A DNA stretch of 64,000 bases, taken from contig JAAOMT010000435.1 in NCBI GenBank assembly GCA_016748015.1, positions 62,001-126,000 on the forward strand, written 5' to 3'. Shown here piece by piece: positions 52,304 to 61,600 of this stretch (its first letter is position 1; the number at the start of each line of letters is the position of its first letter). The DNA comes from Geosiphon pyriformis uo1. Lineage: Eukaryota; Fungi; Glomeromycota. The notes under the pieces are model-generated. The model had not been told where the DNA came from. It did no database searches and was given only the letters and a program-made list of their open reading frames with translations. The position numbers and the translations under genes were made by a program.

Positions 52304-53689
52304 ATGGATCCCAAAAACTACAGCAATCTTAAAAATTATTTGGAGACTCTTACTATGCCAGAAAACTGGTCTCCAAGTGAAAAACACTGCTTACAACACC
52401 AATCAAAACAATATTTTATACACCAGAACAAAATCTATTATAAAAATCACAGAAAACCAAACCAGCCACTCAGATTAGTACAAGAGAATGAAAAAGAAAC
52501 AATTTTATACAACATGCACACAGATCCGTCTTCAGCACACTTGGGAAAAAAAGAAACAATTCAAAGAACCCTTGAACATTATTTTTGGCCCCACATGCAA
52601 AAAGACATTCGACAATATATAGAATCTTGTAATAATTGTCAAAGAAGAGGAGGAACTCATCCCACAGAACCTCTAAATTCAATCAAAGTTAGACAACCTT
52701 TTAACAGAGTTGGAATTGATTTAGTCGGACCATTACCTATTACAACCCAAGGAAATCATTATATTACAGTTGCAGTAGATTATCTTACCAAATGGCCTGA
52801 AGCTAGAGCCATCCAAAGAGCAGATGCAAAATCAGTAGCAAATTTTATCTATGAAAACATTATCTGTAGACATGGATGCCCAATTGAACTTTTATCTGAT
52901 CAAGGAACACATTTTGTGAACAACTTGATACAAGAAATTTGTGAATGGTTCAATGTCAAAAGACCTCTATCATCACCTTATTATCCTCAAACAAATGGAC
53001 TTGTAGAATGTTTCAACAGAACATTGTGTGAATCTCTAGCCAAAGTCTCAACAGACTTTGAGCAGGAATGGGATATCTTTATTTCATTAGTGTTACTAGC
53101 ATACAGAACACTAAAACAAGATACTATGAAACACACACCATTTGATCTTACTTATGGAAGGACAGCAACATTACCAATTAATTTCACAGTGGAAACATAT
53201 CCAGTGCAACCAATCAATGAAAAAAACTTTCAAGAGACACTCCAAAGAAGAGCCTATACTCTTCTTAGTACACTAAGAGGAAAAAGAAGAATAGCAGCAA
53301 CTCATATTGAACATTCCCAAGCTCAACAAAAAGAAAGACATGACAACAAATTACCACCTATTACCAACGGATTTAAAGTTGGAAATAAAGTTCTCTTACA
53401 CAGAACTAAGGCTGAAAAACAATGGAGTGGAAAATTTAAAAACAAATGGGATGGACCATTTTATATTCACGAAATTCTAGGCAATGGATCATATAAGTTA
53501 AGACTTGATGACAAAATATTAGCAAAAGTTGCACATGGAAACAGATTGAAATACTATCATTCCAGAAACAATTCTGAACCATTAATTCTACAAATTGGTA
53601 TACATTCCCCTTTAATTAATCCTAAAGATATTCCCCGAAATTTAGAACCAATAATTATAATAGAACAACAACCAAACTTGAACACTTAA
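52304..53689 (+). CDS. A2 integrase, uninterrupted 461-aa ORF (HHCC, DDE core, GPF tail, no chromodomain)
   Basis: H..H..CNNC; VGIDLVGP; LSDQGTHF; QTNGLVE; WDGPFYI. Confidence 0.9.
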   Translation: MDPKNYSNLKNYLETLTMPENWSPSEKHCLQHQSKQYFIHQNKIYYKNHRKPNQPLRLVQENEKETILYNMHTDPSSAHLGKKETIQRTLEHYFWPHMQKDIRQYIESCNNCQRRGGTHPTEPLNSIKVRQPFNRVGIDLVGPLPITTQGNHYITVAVDYLTKWPEARAIQRADAKSVANFIYENIICRHGCPIELLSDQGTHFVNNLIQEICEWFNVKRPLSSPYYPQTNGLVECFNRTLCESLAKVSTDFEQEWDIFISLVLLAYRTLKQDTMKHTPFDLTYGRTATLPINFTVETYPVQPINEKNFQETLQRRAYTLLSTLRGKRRIAATHIEHSQAQQKERHDNKLPPITNGFKVGNKVLLHRTKAEKQWSGKFKNKWDGPFYIHEILGNGSYKLRLDDKILAKVAHGNRLKYYHSRNNSEPLILQIGIHSPLINPKDIPRNLEPIIIIEQQPNLNT

Positions 53690-54999
53690 ATTTTACAATA
53701 ATTCTCTAATAAAAACACAAAGACAAAAATAGTAAATAATTACAAAACACCCAAACCCAAAAACAAATAAAAACCCCATATCCAAAAATCATTTTCTTTA
53801 TTTTCTCTTTTCATAATTAGTCAATTTTATCATGATTATTTCCCGAAATATTCAACAAATATCCCAAAAATTAATGTTAGCCTTGANNNNNNNNNNNNNN
53901 NNNNNNNNNNNNNNNNNNNNNNNNNNNNNNNNNNNNNNNNNNNNNNNNNNNNNNNNNNNNNNNNNNNNNNNNNNNNNNNNNNNNNNNNNNNNNNNNNNNN
54001 NNNNNNNNNNNNNNNNNNNNNNNNNNNNNNNNNNNNNNNNNNNNNNNNNNNNNNNNNNNNNNNNNNNNNNNNNNNNNNNNNNNNNNNNNNNNNNNNNNNN
54101 NNNNNNNNNNNNNNNNNNNNNNNNNNNNNNNNNNNNNNNNNNNNNNNNNNNNNNNNNNNNNNNNNNNNNNNNNNNNNNNNNNNNNNNNNNNNNNNNNNNN
54201 NNNNNNNNNNNNNNNNNNNNNNNNNNNNNNNNNNNNNNNNNNNNNNNNNNNNNNNNNNNNNNNNNNNNNNNNNNNNNNNNNNNNNNNNNNNNNNNNNNNN
54301 NNNNNNNNNACTTGTAGTTCATCAAAATGTATCTTTAGTTTGCTGAAATTTGAGCAAAGAGAAAAAGTGCAAGTTCATAGACTAGTACTACAACAAGTTG
54401 TATAAAAGAAGAGCTTTTCTCTTCTGGAAAATATATCTTATTTTAGATTTATTACTTAGAACCATTCTTATACACACAAAAAGAAATAAATATCAAATAA
54501 TTTGAAAAACCAAGTTTTTTAATTATTGCACTTGGAAAATCCCCAAAACCCAACTAATATTTCGAAATTGATTAGCTACCAATTTCAGTAAACTGTTAGC
54601 GACTCCAGGCCTGGATAGAAAATGTTTCCCTTAACAGAATTCTATTTCTTTTACATTTCTTTTATTTTTTTTTTCTTTTCTTATTACAATCATTAGGATA
54701 GCCTACAGACAAGATTCCTGTAGAAGAGTTGACTTTCACAGCAAAGTAACTACATATTTTTAGTAAGCTTCCAGATGAGCAATTTCTGGGAAAGAGTTGA
54801 CATTTACTACAACGTAACTACATAAAGTAACTGGCAAGGAATTGGTCATTCCACTTATAAGCTCAGCAGTTCAAATTATAGAAGATAATTTGAAGATAAA
54901 TTCAGTTATTGGAGGTTCAACTACTTCCCAAAAACGTGAATTCACAACAAATCAACATTACCAACATTTAAGAAAAGAGACCAAAAATCTCTGGTAACA

Positions 55000-55744
55000 G
55001 TGCCCATTTAATGATTCTTTGGTGAGCACCAACATCAGTTTTTTGTGAGAACCAAGTAGCAGGAGAGCCTTGGAAGTAGCCACCAATGATTTGGAATTTG
55101 TATTCATTATCATATTGGTTTGCAGTAGCTGCTCTTTCAAAATCATCCAACCATTTAATTGGATCTTGTGTATCGTCTCTAAATAAGGGTAGTGGAGTGT
55201 TGTTTTTTTGTCCCAAAGCAGTTTGTATGCCTTGGAGGGCAATCAGAATATTTTGTTGTATGGGGTCATTAGTTATTGGTTCAGGAATAACTGTTTGTGT
55301 TGAATGTTCTGATTCACTTAAGAAAAGATTAAAAACAGAAGCAATTTGGTAGCTTTTTTTTTTTGTTTTAAGTGGAGTCTCAACTAATTGATAGGCAGCA
55401 ATCCAAAGGTGGATTTAATGATTCAAATATTCGAAATTAAAAGGCTGTTGTTCAAAGGTTATTGAATATAAAAGTTGATTAATGTTGTTGTTTCTTTCTT
55501 TAAAGTTGTCTTCAAAATAAGCTTGGTCAAAGTAGTAAGTTGTATAGGCTGTATAGGTTTCAGCTAAATGCTTGTTTAGAAACCAGTTCCAAAAGTTTTG
55601 GAATTGTCTGCTGAATTGTTTTTCAATAGAAAAGCAAATCAAGTAAAAGGGCAAAAGATTGAGTTCAATAAAGTCTTGATCATTTTTGTTATGTGTCTTA
55701 AAGTGTTTTTCTAATTGTTATAGCAGATATGAATAATCACCCAT
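55000..55744 (-). pseudogene. Element C gag, N-terminal part
   Basis: ATG just after the PBS; PLFRDDTQDPIKWLDDFERAATANQY capsid-like motif; cut by the A2 3' LTR. Confidence 0.75.
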
Positions 55745-55795
55745 ACAATAGAAACAAAGTGAAATTTGACAACCTCACAGAGAGCACCACTTTTA

Positions 55796-56545
55796 TGTTA
55801 TGGATTGAAGTAACAAGCTAATGGATAGCAAGGGAGAACAGAATTGTAGGGTAATAAAAAGAATCAAAAGGAATTCAACTTCAAAGAGCAAATTGAATAA
55901 GTATGGATTCAATGTACAAAATCAGTTTCATAAAATATCTCAGTCACTATACTTTTCAAAGATAACCAGAGAATCTGAAGGTAAAGGAATAGTCTGTACT
56001 ATCAACAAATGATCATGTCTGGTATAATTTTATGCCTCACATTGGTGCTCTTAGAATTTAATATTAGGTATCAGATGTATTCTTCAGTCATGTTTTATTC
56101 AATAATCTTTAAATGCTACAATTATACAAGTCAGGAAAAGTGTAAAAAATAACCAACAAGTAATCTTTTATTCCAAGATATTCAGATACTTGAAGGTAAG
56201 GAAAGAAAAATTAGCAATAAGAGAATAATTAAGATGAAAGTTGTTATTTTATTTATTTGATTTCCTTGATTTCTACATACTTTTCTACAGCTAAAAAATT
56301 CATTACTTATATAGCTGTCAAAAATGATCAATGATCAAGTCAATGATTAGGTTAATAATCAGGTCAATAATCAGATCAATGATCAGATTATTAATCAAGT
56401 TAATGATCAGATTAATGATCGGGTCAATAGTCAAGTCATTGATTAGATCAATGATCACTTTCTAAAAATAGAGTGGCTAATTTATGTAACATCAGTGGCT
56501 AATACATATAATAATTAATAAGAAATATAAGTTTTAACTGTAACA
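55796..56545 (-). repeat. Element C 5' LTR (750 bp)
   Basis: TGTTA...TAACA ends; homologous to 19827-20309 plus 40095-40277; adjacent PBS. Confidence 0.9.
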
Positions 56546-57691
56546 GTAGTTTCTGAGACTGGATTTTTTTCTGTTACTATTGTATTATATAATATGCTTT
56601 TGGGTGTATCTGTTGCTAATATCAAGACAGTTTTCAGTGTGTTTGGTGAAATTGCTTATGTTATGCTAAAATCTGCTGGCATTTGGCAATATATGATTGT
56701 TTATTTTAAAAAACTGGATTTTGCTGTGTCTGCTTTGAATCATTGATTAGTTCCAATAAATAAAAATAATATTAAAATCTTTTTTTTGGTAAATTAAAAT
56801 AAAACTATTATATTTTATGATAAATTTAAGACCAAGTTAGTCAACTTTTTTTTTGACTGTACTATCTTTGAAACCAGTAATATAATTTCTTAAATTAGTG
56901 ATTTGATGTGTTTTATTTTTTACTTTTTTGATTTTGGTCATTATTTTTAGTTTGTTCTGGTTATATTAAATCTCAAATTAATTTGAATACCACAGTTATC
57001 AAGACTAATATGCTAAAAAAATACTATATTTGATAAGAAACTTCTAAAAATTGATGCTGTTTTTAGTGCCAAAGTTTGGATTATCTGGTTTTAAATTGTA
57101 AAATATTTCTATTTTTCTCTTTCAAAGTTCTTAAAGCTTATATTTTTTGTGTTATTAACAACAAATCTTATGCTAAAGCTGCTACTTTTATACTTTTTTT
57201 GGCTTTTGGTCTTTTGGTTGGTTTAGCTTCTTCTGCTAATTTAATAACTAATAATTCTGTGGGTTTTTTTTGGTTAATTTCTTTAGAATATGAATTGGCC
57301 AAGCTTTTTGCTTTGGTTAATTCTATTGTTAAGTTAGTTGGTTTTATAATTATTGTGTTTGAATAATTTGTTAATGAAAATTTTGTTTCAAATAGTGCTT
57401 TTGGCCTTAGAGTTAATAAAATTTTGGTATATATGAATATTTTTAATAAGACTATTAATAAACTAAAATAAGAGATAATTGTTTTAAAAATTAAGTATAG
57501 CTATAAAAACATTAATATGTTTGGCTCTCATGTGAGTTTGTTTTTTGTTAATAATAATATATTTTCTAATTTGATGTTATTTTGAAAACATGAATCTGTT
57601 GTTATAAAGACTGATGCCTTAAAAACAGCTAAGTGGCTAGTTGAATTAGTTAATAATAGTGTTATATTGTTTGAAATTGTTCAAAGGATGT
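56546..57691 (+). mobile_element. Degenerate LINE-like ORF1, 3' part (RRM-like segments and decayed CCHC knuckle), interrupted by A3
   Basis: IKTVFSVFGEIAYV..WQYMIVYF (RRM-like); CF*CQSLDYLVLNC at about 57058-57099; many stops. Confidence 0.6.
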
Positions 57692-58678
57692 TGTTACCAG
57701 ACAAAATTAGAGATATTATTTAGCATGAAATTATCTTTATAATTCTTATCATTAATTAGCATATATTATCATTTCAAATTATCACTTATTACATTAGCAA
57801 AATGTCCGAAATTATCATTTAATTAATAACCCAATTTGTATATAACACAAATGTAACCTAATTGTGATGATTAATCATGCAATACCCCGAAATATGTAAC
57901 ATTCAAAAGTTCGCTGAAATTTGTAGAAATTCACTGAAATAATTGATAGTTCACTGAAATATCTAATAGTTCACTGAAATAACTTGTAGTTCACTGAAAT
58001 GTATCTTTAGTTCAGCGAAATTGTAGAAAAGAACAAAGTTCAAGTTCATAGAATAGTGATATGATAAGTTGTATAAAAGAAGAGCTTTTCTCTTTAAGAA
58101 AATGTATCTTATTTTAGATTTATCACTCAGAACTATTCCTACACACACAAAAAGAAATAAAATATCAAAATAATTCGAAAAACCAATTTCTTTAAAAATA
58201 TTGCATTTGGAAAATCTCCAAAAACCCAACTAACGTTTTGAAATTGATTAGCTACCAATTTCAGTAAACTGTTAGTGACTTCAGGCCTGGATAGAAAACG
58301 TTTCCCTTGACAGAATTCTATTTCTTTTACATTTCTTTATTTTCTTTCTTTTATTTTCTTATTATAATCATTAGGGTAGTCTACAGACGAAATTCCTGTA
58401 GAAGAGTTGACTTTCGCAGCAAAATAACTACACATTTTTAGTGAGCTTCCAAACAAGCAATTTTTAGAAAAGAGTTGACATTTACTACAATGTAACTACA
58501 TGAAGCAACTGGCATGAAATTGGCCATTCTACTTATAAGCTCAGCAGTTCAAATTATAGAAGATAATTTGAAGATAAAATTCAGTTATTGGAGGTTCAAA
58601 TACTTCTCATAGTCGTGAATTAACAGCACTACAACAAACATACAAAAGCTAAGAAGAGACCAAAAACCTCCAGTAATA
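57692..58678 (+). repeat. Element A3 5' LTR
   Basis: Starts TGTTACCAGACAAA; homologous to the A1 and A2 LTRs. Confidence 0.9.
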
Positions 58679-61600
58679 TTTGGTGCTCTCCCACGGAAAC
58701 AACACAGCAAAAACAACTTCAAAGTGATGACCACACTAGATGCAACAACTCTAAAGTATTACCAGTCAATTTACACCCACTGCAAGCAAAGATTTAACAT
58801 TCCAGACAGAATTGAAGTTGTTAAGAAATCAGTATACCAATACATTGAAAACCACATCAACAATTATCTTTTTGGAAATTACAATATCTCAGAAGTTAGA
58901 AGAAATTTTTACAATAATTTAGTACACTATTCACAGTTGGAAACTGAAAACCTTAACAGTGAAACACTTACCACTTACTTTCAAGAACTTAATTTTAATA
59001 TTATCAAGTACTGTGAAGAAACATATCCAGTGCAGTCTCAATACTCTATTGATTTTGAATCAGAGACAGAAACAAGCAACAAAGGCAAACAAAAATTAAA
59101 GCAATATTCAAAAACCACACCAAATACTCCAATACTACCAAAAACAACTGCCAAACACTTACAAACACCTGAACAAGGAACCAGTTCAAAACTTCCACTT
59201 ACTATCACACTTTTTCTAGCTTTACTTGCACAAGCACAAACACCTAATTCACTCTTAAATCGATTTGCAAGACTAGAAGATTTTACATCACCCAGAAGTC
59301 TTACCAGACAACAAGAATCTCTTCAAACTAGTTCTAATCTCCTTGACTTTCTAGCTGAAAATTGAAGTGAACACTCTGAGACAGCAGTGAACGAAGAAAA
59401 TGACTCTGAAATATCTGAAGAAGAATCAATAAACAGTGAAAACAAAGAAGATAAAATGACAGCATACATTGCAAAAATCCCTGAATTTAATGGAGAAAAT
59501 ATTGAGACCAGTCTCCAAAAATGGCTCGACCAAGTTACTAAAGCTGGAAATACAAATAGATGAAATGCTGCCAAAATATTAAGAACAATTCCCTACTTTC
59601 TCAAAGGAACAGCAGGCGAATGGTTCGAAAACTTGACCACCTCTTTTAATGACTGGACAGCTTTCAAAACTGTCTTCTTAGAACAATTCACCAATAACAA
59701 CACCTCAATCACACTTCAAAATTGTTTTCACAATATCAAACAAAAACCCTCCGAATCTGTTATGACTTATATTGAGAAATTCAACAAACTTCTCAGACAA
59801 ATTTGCCAACTTGAAACTAATGATTATTATTCCAATGCTCAAATCTTGGATCAATTTATCACTGGTTTAAAAGATAAACTGATTAAAAAGATTTGCCCAC
59901 ATGTCTCAGAAGATTTAAACTCTGCTATTCAGCACGCAAAGAGATATAAAATGGCCATGGAAGAAGCCAATCGTATAAAACTTGTGAACTTAGCTATTGG
60001 AGAGACCAGCTTAGCAGCTGAAGAGAAAATTGACCAACTCACAAAGAAAGTTGAAAACTATTTCACCAACCAACAACAACAGCAACCCCAAAGATATCAA
60101 CCACCCTAAAGATGAAATTAAAACAACTTCACATTATTCTCTAATAACCAGCCTTAGAATTGCCATTACTGTGGAATTCCTGGTCACTGGAAAAAAGATT
60201 GTAGGAAGCTACAACGAGACCAACAGAATAAGAGTAATTAATATTACTCTTTGCCACAACAATCTTATTACCAACCACTATTACCACCAGCTTACTATCC
60301 ACCAAGACCACAATATTAAACTGACTACTATCAACCTGCTCCATAGCCAATGCAACAACAGTATTGACAACCCATTCAACATTACCAAGTATCTGCTCGA
60401 AGATTGGTTCAACAAAACCAATTTGCACCACAAAACTGATTCACAACAAACAACAACAGAATCAACCCAAATAACCAATTAGTTCTCCGAAATCCAGCTT
60501 AGCCAAGACTCACCCATTATCATACTCAATCTAGCTATCTTATAATACTTGAAGAACAAAATTTTCACCATACTGCACTCTTGGAAGATAGAGCTGCAGC
60601 ATGACAACAAAACCCTTCCTATACTCCTACCACAATCTCACCAGCCAGAATTGCTAAAAACACCAACCTTTCAAATATATTTTTTTTTGAATTCAAAGCA
60701 AATAAGTCACCATTTCTGCTTAACAATGCAGCCACCAATGAACAAAAAGCAATTACTGCTATGTACACTGAAGCAAAAGTCAAAGGAAAGGCAATTTGCT
60801 TAATTCTAAACAGTGGATCTGCCGGAAGCATTATCATCTACTAGTTAATACAACAGTTAAAGAGAAATGTCAACTGACCAGCTCAAACAGTAATTGTCAC
60901 TGCTGATGGCATGAAAAAGACTCCAGTAGGAGAAATTGACAATTTTCTGTTTACTCTTAATGGAATCACTATTCTAGTCAAAGTTCTTGTAATGGACATG
61001 TCCCAGTATCAAGCCTTTGTCAGAAATGATTGGCTCCAAAAAGCCAATGCAAAATTAGACTGGGAAATCCAAAAATTACAACTCTTTTATCAAGGACAAC
61101 ATGTCTGAGTACCTGCTACTTGTGGTATATTCAATAAATGATTAGAAAAAGCCCCTGTCTTCGAATTTAAAGAAGAGGAAGAAAAGCCTGTAGTCAAAAC
61201 ATTTATGGCACTTGAATCAACATCTAACTGGGCTAAAGAAACTGAGCAAATGTATTTTGCAACAAACTCATATCCAGAGGAACCAGAAACTCCTGAATAG
61301 AACATCACATATTCTAAACCAGAACCAAAGAAACAACACTCTTACATTTTGCTCAAATGCAAGGACTGTTACAAGAAACTCTCCTCAATAGGAGCCTGTA
61401 TTTCACATGAAAAAGAATATAAAAATTATACTTGTTATTACTGCAAAGCTTGCCACAGAGAACGATGGGGCCATCTAATAAAAAAAAGCGGAAAATGGGA
61501 CAACACCCCTTGTTTGACTTGTGGAGATATGCTACTAGAAAAATACAATTGGATTGATGTAGCAATGAGAGGAGGAGTCTGTAATCAAACCTACCAATAT

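Larger units (their letters stand above)
45832..54999 (+). mobile_element. Ty3/gypsy LTR retrotransposon A2 (dUTPase-bearing), inserted in C's gag; left end lies in an N gap
   Basis: Visible LTR parts 45832-46582 and 54310-54999; PBS 46585-46602; full internal domain order. Confidence 0.92.
19827..56545 (-). mobile_element. Ty3/gypsy LTR retrotransposon C (degenerate, no dUTPase seen); hosts B, A1 and A2
   Basis: 5' LTR 55796-56545; 3' LTR split into 19827-20309 and 40095-40277; GTAG TSD at 19823-26 and 56546-49; PBS 55772-55789; gag, knuckle, PR, RT (YLDD), RNase H, IN. Confidence 0.9.

Noticed and set aside
57905-58030. Repeat-spacer pattern resembling a CRISPR array
   Set aside because: 12-nt repeats with 8-9 nt spacers inside a eukaryotic LTR, repeated in every family A LTR, no cas genes
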